Part shown: piece by piece, positions 53,521 to 64,000 of the stretch
Position numbering within the stretch: the first letter of the stretch is position 1
How the letters are laid out: every line of letters starts with the position of its first letter
Source: Takakia lepidozioides
Taxonomy: Eukaryota > Plantae > Bryophyta
DNA: 64,000 bases
NCBI GenBank assembly: GCA_030704615.1
Contig: CM060731.1
Span: forward strand, 22,754,001-22,818,000
Reading direction: 5' to 3'
The notes under the pieces: model-generated
What the model was told of the DNA's origin: nothing
The model's input: only the letters and a program-made list of their open reading frames with translations
Database searches by the model: none
Position numbers and translations under genes: made by a program

Positions 53521-55073
53521 AGAAGTCATGATAGTAAATTCAACTTCACTGACGGACGCTCGTGGTTGCACGAAGAGTTGAGAATAATGGATAACTTGCA
53601 CTATTGCTGCAGAGTGAACGATTAAACCAACCACAGAGCCGACCGTGTTATTGCCGGCCTCAGCACAACGCAGAGTGCTTCGAGGAACAAAGATCCGTAC
53701 GTGTACTACAAGCATAAGAACAACCAGGATACAGAGATGAACAAAATCGAGAGCCCCCGAGGCGTTTCTCTAAATTGCACGAGTAAACCAGTCGGACACA
53801 CACACTCTGGATCCCTACTAGCTCTACAGCACAATAAGGAAGCAAAGAAAGTATGAAACATCGTCAGCGCAGATACAACCCGAAAACGAGAATCTCATAC
53901 CGACAGAACAGATTCACAGCCCTTGGCAATGACCTTTGAGCTTATTGCGCCTGTCAGCCTTTGTCTGAAATGCTCAGGGACTTTGGAAAGAGTCTAAAGA
54001 GCTCAAGTACATAAATGGCAAGTGATGCGATCGTCTCTCAAAAATAACCAAGTCCCTATTGTGGCTTCCCGGGTGTCACCGCCTCTCCTTTGTTGAAAAC
54101 TCGTTCCTGATGTGCCTTTTCCAGGTAACACCACCTCTCTTAGGTTATATCTATGCTATTGAACAACTTATGAGAAATAAATGGATAAAGTTTCAAGTTT
54201 ATTATGGATGGAAATAGTATGCAAACGGAGTCTGCTCCTTCTTTGTCTCCTGGAGTCAAAGTCCTCAGGTAATTTGATGTTAGGCCAGTCAGGCCGAAGG
54301 TAGAGACAGCCTGGTTTCCGCAAGAAGATCCACGTGTCAACCGATGCTCAAGTCTCCGCTTGGGAATGCCGGGGATGGGAGACAGTGAGTTTGAGAAAAG
54401 GGAATTTGACAAAGGTAAAGGAGTTCTTGTAAAAGGCCTTCAAGTCCCCCGAACAGCGCTGGAGGTAGCATCTATTTCCTTTTATTCCTCACAAAACTAG
54501 ACACAGGGTCGCCACAAGGCTACAGCACATCGGAGCAAACAATGCATACGAGTACATTCTCTGTATCTGTCAGACCATAATAATCAGAGGACTCAACACC
54601 TCCATGGAATCCATTCCGAAGCTTCAAACAGCTCGAGAACTCATTTTTGGTTTTTTCGGCAGTCAGGGCAGATTCCAAAAAACTTGACGATGATGACGTG
54701 GCACTATGGTACCCCATACCTGCTCTACGTTAAACTAGTCTCCAACCTTCCAGCAGTAGCTAGAATATGAAAATTGTGCCACTTTTTTCTTTAATCATTT
54801 GAATGATTATATCATTAAAAATAGTTTTATATATATGCATATATAGACAAATTCTTGATACAAATGTACAATGTCTAAGTGACGCATTTTACAACACTTG
54901 ATTATAAATTACCTCTTCATGGCTCTGACTGAAAAAAACTCTTATTCATGTGTTTGCAATATTTGACTCTTTTTATTGCATATCATGTCTTACATAACAA
55001 AAAGTTTCAAATAACACAATAGAGATCAAATATTGGTTGTATTAAATTTATCGCAAGGTAAAATTTGATATCA

Positions 55074-57469
55074 TCATGTATCATCTATTATATATATTCC
55101 AACCCTGTCATTTCTTACATGTATGTTTGCTTCAAAGACATTGCTTCCATGACATCCATCAATGGAACAAAATGTGTCTTCATTATCACCCTATGTCCAA
55201 TGATAGCAACACAGTTAATATATATTAGAATAAGTAAAAATATACTAATATTAAATTATGATCCAACCTATGATAACTGTTTGTTTGATTAATATGAATT
55301 ATTTTAAAATAATAGCTCAATTACACTTTGGATTACGAAAAAATGGAAATTACATAGTAAGTTTATTTTGATATGAACCTTCTCATAGCGAGTTGTATTA
55401 TTTCCTTCCCATAAATATAACGTCCAATAGCACCAAATTTATTGCTGAATATATATAACAACATGATGGTTGGTTGAGTCTTTGATGGATACTTGATTCT
55501 ATTGCATATTATTAGTTAACTGTCCATGTAATTACATATCATGAATGGAACAAACAAAAAAAATGACAAATCAATATAGAATAAAAGATATCGATGGGGG
55601 TTTCCAACCTCATAGAATTGAGGTTTTTTTTTTCGATTTCCCACCACCATTGCGGCCAAGAAAAATGCTACCGTAGATCCAACAATTGTAAATAACTTGT
55701 TGCTTTGGGTTCTTCCTTTATGTATAGGAGGTGGTCGGGAGGGTGATGTTATTTTGATTTCCTCGTAAGAGCTCAAAGAAGATTCCAAGACTTGTGTAGG
55801 TACATTAGTAGGTTGACTAACTATGTTGGAATTAAGTTGCACAATGGTCTCTTGCTTTGATTTCCTTAAAAGAGATGGTGTTGAAGATGATGTAATTGCA
55901 TTTTGGGTTGACCATCCCATATATTTTAACAATGACAATATATGTTGTTGAAGCGACAAAGACTTAAGTAATGAGTTGCAATTGATGGGATTTTCCCACA
56001 AAGAAGCCACATTTGAAGTAGAAACATTTGTATAATACGATACTTCATCATTTTCTTTTGTTGTACCAGCTACATCTGTAATAATCCTAAACATATCATA
56101 TTCTACTACATGTAAATATATAGAAGGTCATGTTATATGGAACTTACAAATGGATGTCTATATATATATATATATATATATATCTACATTTTAATACGGT
56201 CAAAATGATACAAATCAACATGTTACATAGCGGTTTTTAAATACTTATACAGACATTGAGTTATGAAATACCAAGTATTGTAGTCAAAGCTCTTGAATAA
56301 CATAGAACAAGACAAACTTTTCCAACGTCTTTCGAATTAACGTCTTTGATAGTCAACCATTGCACAGTTCTCTCAATATATACAAACTCTTTCATACATA
56401 TGGATGTTCTACCAATCAAAACTTCTCGATCACAAGCCTTATTCTCATGTATCACGGAAATCTGAATACCCAACACAACAAATTTTATCCTTCCAGCATA
56501 TTGAAAAACACGCATTGACAAACTTGTTCAGTGACATACATTAATATATAGTTTGATTTAGAAAAAAAAAACTAACTGAGAGGGTTTAGGAGAGGGTTAC
56601 TAACCAACAAATATGAATTCTCTGAATACATCCGTAATTTGAAATCTGTAAGCCAATCTGGATTGAGATTATTTCTCATTGTCATAGTACGCACCTATTA
56701 GGCATGGTGAGAACACATGGATCAACTTGTGAAAGGACAATACTTAATGAGTAAAACTTACTGGAAACGAGACATTGTAACAAATTAGCTTGAAGCATAC
56801 ATGTAAGAGCAACAATTGGAGTATTATCAATACATGCAAATCACATTGCTCAACAATTATGATACATTACTCTGAGTTTTAAGAGATTTATGGTAATAAT
56901 TTTCCTCTTCCTCAATGACCAACAAAAATATAGCTGATATTATACAGTTAATCCCAAAAAGATTCAATTAACGATGGATGTTTCATATAAGTATTATAAT
57001 AAAAATAAGTCTCGCGCTATCTTTTTGATACTTCATCTTATATTAGAAGGTGTGATATTTCTCAAAAGTAATGTTGTGTCTTGTGTTAAAATAAATATCT
57101 AAATCCACAATACATCATAAAATTTGGTTATAATTCACTATACTTTTTAATCTTGATGAATATAATATTATACTATCATTAATATTTAATCAATTTATTT
57201 ATATGTATATAAAATTCTGGCCAAGAAACAATTGCATGCATCCATCTCAATAACACAGGTTGTATATCTCAGTTGACAACCAAAAAGAGAATAAATTATA
57301 AATAAGATATCTTGTTAACATTTATATTAGAGAGAAAGATATATAACCATACCTTCTCATTGCCTATTAACTCAAGCATGACGTATGAATCTAAAGTTCC
57401 ATGCGGTTCTTGAGGAATCAAATTTCTTGCTTCCACCACAGAAACTTGAACGTTTCCAACGCAACTCAT
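55074..57469 (-). CDS. C2-domain protein with a C-terminal transmembrane helix and a probable degenerate LysM motif (5 exons, ~326 aa)
   Basis: Exons 57469-57353, 56694-56605, 56461-56272, 56075-55609 and 55190-55074 are all GT-AG and join in frame. C2: VQVSVVEARNL..DSYVML..VRT..RNNLNPDW..F..IGRT. TM: LFTIVGSTVAFFLAAMVVG. Tail: FYE|GDNEDTFCSIDGCHGSNVFEAN..IYIID. Confidence 0.8.
56158..56183. repeat. (TA)n microsatellite in an intron
   Basis: Direct reading of the TA run. Confidence 0.9.
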
Positions 57470-57996
57470 TGCAAGCTTAAAAACAAAATATCTTTTGTTT
57501 ATGATGTTTTGTAGCCTTTAACATACAAGTAAGTGGGTCTTAATAATGACAATAGAGCATTTTGAAGTTTTTTCTAAAAATCACACCGTGAATTTAGATC
57601 CAAAGAATAGCTTGGTGTTCAATTATATAACATAGTATGGGCAATAGTTACACCACCTGAGGATATTTTCACAAGTGCCACAAACTCTCACATCAAAAGT
57701 CAAGTAAATGTAATGGCTGATTTTTTTAATCACACACTTGTTTCTTTTATAGATAATACCTAAAATATATAAACATCGCATATGTAGGTTTGTATGTTGT
57801 TAATGAACATTTCAAACCCTAATACTCCATTCCTTCTTGTATTTCATATGACAACCACATATATATGAACATCAATAAAGTATACCAGAAAAATAACATA
57901 CTTTAGCATATAAACCTCATTCTGAATCAATAACTCTATCTCTATCAATTTATTTTCTTAGGGTATCTAGAGCGTTAAGGTCATGCTTACACCGTA

Positions 57997-58752
57997 TCAA
58001 TTTATGAAGGAAGCCAGTTTGTTTATTTGTTCTGTTTGTTTTGTCACGTTGAGATGTCCCAAACCGCGATGCCCCAGTGCTGGTGCTTGGTACCGTTGGA
58101 AAGCCCTCGATGAGGAGGGGTGCACCGGCTTGGTCTCATGATTTTTTGGACCTGCGATGTGGGAGATATGGAATTTCAAGTACTTTTGGTAGTTGGAAAT
58201 TCGCGAAAAATAGCAAAGTGGGCTTTCCTGGGGCAATGATTGGAGCCTCGACAAGAGAGATATCAATAATGATTGGCTATATTACTACTCAAAAAAAAAG
58301 AAAAAAAACCTTGACATGGGAGACGTACTTGGATACATATGATATTGCACTTGGGCTTAGATGACAGTGGACACTTGGGCCTTTACATGGGAGATGCACT
58401 TGGATGCATGAATAGAAGATTTCACTTGGGCTTAGATGGGCCTTGACATAGGAGATGCACTGGGATACATAGGAAATTGCAGTTGGTCTTAGATTTCAAT
58501 TCTTCACACATGGGCCAACGGCACAAACTACCCTAAAGAGGTCGCACTTGGGCCTCACCATAGAAGACGCACTGGGATACATATAAGATCTTACACCTCG
58601 CTTACATGACACTAGACACTTGGGCCAACGGACATGCTATCCTGGAGGTCACCCTTGGACCTAGACATAGGAGACGCAATGGAATCCATAGGAGATTGCA
58701 CTTAGGCTTAGATGACCGTGGACACTTGGGCCAACGGCACAGTCTACCCTAG
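57997..58752 (+). mobile_element. Non-autonomous Helitron
   Basis: Begins A|TC (57996/57997) and ends CTAG|T (58749-58753), preceded by a GC-rich hairpin (ccgtgg...ccaacgg). Internal gacat.ggagac/tgcact and cacttgggc repeats. Confidence 0.72.
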
Positions 58753-59455
58753 TATTAGGTTACGGTATAGAATTTGTGCATACAACTTTAGTTTTTGCCC
58801 CAGAACTTGATCCGCTAGCTTTTTTTTTTCATATATATTTTGAGAAACTATTGTCAGTACATTAACCTTAGAATTGTGAGAACACTGGTGTGTCACCTAT
58901 TAAACATTCCACAATGGACTGTTCCTTAGTTTGGGCTTTTTCACAAAGTCCCTGGCAATGGGACCTGTTTTGACCTTTCATTCGAGGTCAAATGCTGAAG
59001 CTCTTCCAAGCACTCATAAAGCATTCAAAGAAGTTAAGCTCGATTCTGCTAGGTTCCTTGCCAAAGGCCTGTGGCCTTGTTAGGAGCCTTTAATGCCCGG
59101 GTGAGTCAAAATGAACTGAAGACAAGCTTGTAAAAGCAGTTAATATATCAGTAGTTTTAGTACCAAGTAAGAGCCCTTTAGGGTAAAGGGACACCATAAG
59201 TTACATATGTTTGTGTTTTGGCAAGAGTTTTGCTCCATTTCTTCCTTCCTTCTTATATTTCTTGATATTTTCAACTTTAAATAAAAAATACACCAGATCT
59301 TAAGAAAATTACACTTCAATAAAATTTTTTACTTAATTTTTATTTTGAAAATCAAAACATATTGGATCAATCAATGCTACAATTTTTATTATAGAGAAAA
59401 AAAACTTGCTGACGTAAGAAAATGCTATCATTTTATGGGCTCCCTATCAAGGGCC

Positions 59456-60145
59456 GGGTTCTATAAACATTTTTATAAATCAAAATCTTAGCAAGAAATT
59501 TAAAATAATTAAACATAGAGACTAAATGGATGTACATACATCTAACATCTATCGCAGAGTTTGTTGATGTGTATTTAAAATATATTGATAGATCTATATT
59601 TTTAATTATCCAAACTATAGACAAGAGATAAAGATTCAATATTAAGTCTAGTTTTGACATTTCACTAGCAATTATCATTACCATATTTATAATGTATACA
59701 GTATCGTACTATATTAATAAATTGATTAATGTGCTTACCACAAAACCAAAGGGTTGAACTTCTGAGGGTTTCGGAAACTGGGCAAACCACTGATTTCTGT
59801 TTAGTGATTTTATCATAATTAATATTTAGAAGTATTGCATATTTATATTGAATATGTTAATAAAATAAAATAAAGAAAGAAAATAATATTACAATAGATT
59901 TGACAAAAATGAACAATGTTGAAGTTTAAAAATGGGTTCTATAAAGGTTTTATAAATCAAAACCGAAGTAGATTTAAAATATTTAAACATAATAAATAAA
60001 TAAATTTACACACATTTAATATCTATCATAGAGTTTTTGATGTGTATTTATAGCATATTAATATACCTATATTTTTAATATAGACAAGAGACAAGAAGCC
60101 AATATTAAGGGTTTTGACAATTTATTAGCTTTTACCATTATATAT
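59456..60145. repeat. Diverged ~210-230-bp AT-rich direct repeat pair (about 59456-59690 and 59933-60145)
   Basis: Shared gggttctataaa..ttttataaatcaaaa..atctatc..agagttt..tgatgtgtattta..tagacaagaga..aatattaag..gttttgaca. Confidence 0.85.
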
Positions 60146-60340
60146 TCCATCAGTGCGAGCAACAAAATACGTTGATACTCCACTGAACTCACAGCCCCAA
60201 AGTCTGAAGTTGCACATCCACATTCCGTCCAACTCCCAACTGCAGATACGCTCGCAGGTGGGCTGTTTGTGGGCATAAAAGTGGCTATCCAAGTTAAAAT
60301 TTCTTGTCTTGAACTCGGAGACAACAAGTAGGATCGGAGC

Positions 60341-63300
60341 AAAGGTTTTCAATAAAGTACATGACGACCGCAATGCGATATTCGATGGTGACAATGATGT
60401 AGCAGTACAGCTTTGTTGTATGCCCTTGTTAAAACCTCAATCCCTACATGTGGGCAGAGTTATAACATTAGATTGTTCTCGAATTTTGTTGCTTGAATTC
60501 TTGCGCAAATCCATCTTGTCCATTTTGTGCAAATCTTCTTCTCTTCTCCTCCACGCCCTATGTCAGTAGTAATTTATAGTATTCCATGGAATTTTCATGG
60601 AGACATGCTTGAAATATAGTGTTGTCACACTCTGTATGTATTCACTACAGAAGTTGTAGGCCGAAGACAAGCAAGCCCACTCGAGAACGCATTTTGGAAT
60701 GATTTGCCTAATGTCATCTTGTTAGGATGAATTACAGACTTTGATCTAAGTCTTTGTCTGCAGTCCTTGGTCTCGAAAGCTGCAAGCTAACGCCCTCGTG
60801 GCAGAACGCTCGAACATGTATCCCTACAATTATCATTTAAAACTCCGTCTGCTTCATCAACAACGACAGTGCTGCTCTGTGTGGTTTTGCCTTGTGGAGA
60901 GAAAAAAAGAATGAATGAACAAAAGTTTTGTTATATCCAAAGGAGGCGCTAATAACCCAATGGACACCACAATACAAATTTAACCATGGAACTACTTTGG
61001 CACTATGACAATTAGAAATATAAAATATTAAAAAATGACTTCAATTTCTGTATATGGGTGAGAGTGAGAAGAGATTGTGCCTTGGAAACTTACCTTTGCA
61101 CCATAAATTTGCTAAGGTCAATGTCTGTCAATTTCTCCATCGAGTCATTTTGTACCGCATCAGACATACATAGAAACGGCTGAAGACATTTAGCCACGGT
61201 TCACCGTAATTTGTAAATTCCCTGATGTATCGTGCACATCGAAAACAAATGGAATCGGATGCATATCGGAAACTAGAAGATGAGCACCATTGCTAAAAGA
61301 GCAATATTTGACGACTCACATGATCTGAATTTGGTGAAAAGTTGTAGCCTTTGTAAGTCCATTTTGCACCTTGGAGATTCAGTGAGCAGTATGAGAAGAC
61401 TTCCAAGACAAATTTTGTATTATATGGCGTCACATATCAAACTTCATTCACAGGGTTGTTGTCCTTGCTCAAACTTTATGACAAGAGAAACAAAAACTAG
61501 TCAGGTTGCTAGCAGTCACTCTAGTCAGGTTGTATACAGCGGGATTTCTCTCCTCCATACGTACGCAAAAATTTCTTGCTACGTAAAACATGACTTACTG
61601 CAGTAATCTCTGACATGTTGACAAACCTCTCCTATTTCTGCTCTGGTGTCTCATCAGGTTCCTTTATACACAAACATTGAAAAAATAGTGGAATGCAACT
61701 TGTTGCATCCTTCACCCTCTGTTCTTCCTCTTTGACAACCACATTCTACTTGCAATCGGGTCTGTTCCACCAATGTCCATGGCTGGCATTGACTGCGGGG
61801 TTACAATGGCATTTCCAATAGCTATATTCATTCTCTGTAAATCCACCAAAAAGCCAGATCTTGGCTATTTTCAATTGTTTTACTTTCCACTTCTGGACAC
61901 TGTGGTTGTTTGCAGATGCACCCCGATGGATTACATGAAGAGAGGAATAGCTCATGATCAGATCGCGTGTTGTTGTCCTCTTTGCCTTCCACAAATCATC
62001 ACTACTAGGCTCCAACTCATTGTCTTGATCAACTATCAAGTAAATATGAACACATTTGTTTGCCTCTTGTTTGTAAATTTCACCATGGACCCATCATCTT
62101 CCAATGCGGCTATTTGCATGTATGTTGCACTATCCTCTACATATGCTAACATTAATGACTTCTCCATTTCAAGAATCCGCCGCTTGTCATGCAGAAGCTT
62201 ATCACAGTCAGGTTTCTATAAACCCGCTCGTATTGTTGCTCCCCAGTGGCCATCTTACGGAATGCACATAATAAATCGCATGCTAGTGTCCCGCTAAAAT
62301 ATGAGATTTCCCACTGCCATTGTCACCCCACAAACCTGCTTCTGAGTAATCATGCACATTTCCATTAGTTGCATCGATCTACCTTCACAGGTGAATCTGG
62401 TGTACATCCCATTCCTATATTATCAACCTTAAAAGTGCATTGCGCACTTCTTGATATTTCTTACGTCCCATATCTCCACGAGTCACCTTTAGTCGAGAAG
62501 CTTGCGGGGAAAAACAGCTTGAACACGACGTTTGGATCCACAAATGATGAGTTTGCTACAATTCGTTCAACGATGTGGTCGACCAACTTCTCAGCCCAAG
62601 GGTACCACGACGTTAGACCTATAGTCGATGCTGCTACTCCGGTTGGTGGTGCTGCTCGTACTGACATCAAGATAATACAATACAATAATATAGAAGCAAG
62701 TATGCAAGTGTGATAAAAGGGAAAATCCTGTGAGAAGAAATTAATATACCTGAAATGATGATTTTGGGTATTCCAAAGATTTTCCTTCTCTTACACACAA
62801 ATTGAAGTCGTCTTTCATTCTATATTTCTGATTGTCATAGTGCCAAAGTAGTTCCATGGTTTTGTATTGTGGTGTCCCTTGGGTTATTAGCACCTCCCCT
62901 GGACATAATAAAATTTTCGTTCTTTCTTTCTTTCTCTCCACAAGGCAAACCACACACAACAGCACCGCAGCACCGTCGCAACACTTTGTCTTCTAACAAG
63001 ATGACATTGGGCAAATCATTCCAAAATGTGTTCTCAAGTGGGCTTGCTTGTCTTCGGCCTACAGCTTCCGTAGTGAATACATACAAAGAGCAAGTGTGAC
63101 AACATTAAATTTCAAGCATGTTTCCCATGAAAATTCCACGAAATACTACAAATTATTACTGACATATGGCGTGGAGGAGAAGAGAAGAGGATTTGTATAA
63201 AAAGGACAAGATGGATTTGCGCAAGAGTTCTAGCAACGAAATTTGAGAACAATTTAATGCTGTAACTCTGCCCACCTATAGAGACTGGAGTTTCAATGAG

Positions 63301-63386
63301 GGCATACAACAAAGGTATCATTGCTACATCATCGTCAACATCGAATATCGCATTACGGTCGTCGGGTGCTTTGTCCAACATCTTCA
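60341..63386. repeat. Long diverged inverted repeat: left arm about 60341-61050, right arm about 62780-63386
   Basis: Left gacgaccgcaatgcgatattcgatg...tcttgcgcaaatccatcttgtcc...gtaggccgaagacaagcaagcccact...accatggaactactttggcactatgacaat matches the reverse complement of the right arm. The left arm has an extra ~130 bp near 60730-60865. Confidence 0.92.
61090..62700 (-). pseudogene. Decayed Crinkler-associated (CR-type) P-loop NTPase gene
   Basis: Across frameshifts: WRY/MGRKKYQEVR; Walker A LWGDNGSGKSHILA-TLACDLL (62327-62304); RVY..PDCDKLLHD..MEKSLMLAY; Walker B VFIF/IVDQDNEL (about 62020-62050). The motif order matches, from memory, the YMGR..GxGKSHILAALAC..RVVYxPDC..FIIDQxN family. Confidence 0.62.
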
Positions 63387-64000
63387 CCTGGCTTTAAAAC
63401 AAGTGAGTGATGCTACAAAATAAGAACGAAAAATAGAAGTTAAACAAGAGGTGAAACATGAAGCACGAAAGCAAGAAGGTGAGTCCTTAGATGCAACAAT
63501 TGAGCTTGAATATATTACACTTCCCGAGACTGACTTTATTTTGGAAGGCATTGACCTCGAAGATATGTATGTACAAATCGAGCTGGTAGAAGGTGGTTCT
63601 CATATGTAAAAAGACGGTTCAATGAAAATAAGAGGCGAGAATGACAAGTGTCGGCAACTTAAACCTAAACCATATGTACAACTTGATCTACAAACAAAAC
63701 AAGGTGATATCAAGTTTGTGACAATAATACCGGGAATGAGAGGGATCAATTTAGCTGACCTCCTTCACCAAGTACAAGCATACTTCAGCGCCCAGAAAAT
63801 GTGGGTAGACATGTAGGGTTTTTTTTAAGGATTTTGAAAAGGGGTACGAGTGGCTATATATATTGGGTGTAGGGTAGTGCAAGTGGCCACTCTAGGTAAT
63901 TTTCCTCGAATTGGTAGGCTACATGTATTTCCACTCTTGCCATATTTTGCGAATCAAATGGATGTTGATGAGCAATAGAAGGCGAAGTACAGAAATAGTT

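Noticed and set aside
54140-54717. TIR/NLR-like gene suggested by FISH and WCYLE words
   Set aside because: Motif spacing does not fit a TIR domain and no P-loop was found. Left unassigned.
58300-58745. Interspersed repeats resembling a CRISPR array
   Set aside because: Units are degenerate with no unique fixed-length spacers, there are no cas genes, and the context is eukaryotic. Explained as Helitron internal repeats.
61280-62713. Plus-strand ORFs of 108, 174 and 114 aa
   Set aside because: They are antisense to the NTPase motifs on the minus strand and have no independent domain signal.

Overview
Eukaryotic nuclear DNA from a non-seed land plant, most likely a bryophyte (inferred from the moss-type PLS-DYW PPR repeats, the intron-rich genes and the RTEX/DIRS/Helitron remnants; the species cannot be fixed from sequence alone). 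1-9.6 kb is a TE graveyard: a Ty3/Gypsy remnant with a 3' extra ORF, an RTEX-like LINE with a nested second LINE tail, and orphan DYW and DXS fragments. 14-51.3 kb is gene-dense: PRP4 kinase (-) head-to-head with Ku70 (+), a tyrosine-recombinase relic, EXO70A (+), a small conserved plant protein (-), an intronless 1168-aa PLS-DYW editing factor (+) and a tandem two-domain DsbA/kappa-GST gene (+). A Copia relic follows. At about 54,770 the composition switches abruptly to very AT-rich DNA. This segment contains an intact 5-exon gene with a C2 - transmembrane - degenerate LysM architecture, a non-autonomous Helitron with stacked 3' ends, and a decayed Crinkler-type P-loop NTPase gene bracketed by ~0.6-0.7 kb inverted repeats. 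The AT-rich segment is the most unusual part of the window. All family assignments come from motif recognition by eye and need HMM/BLAST confirmation.
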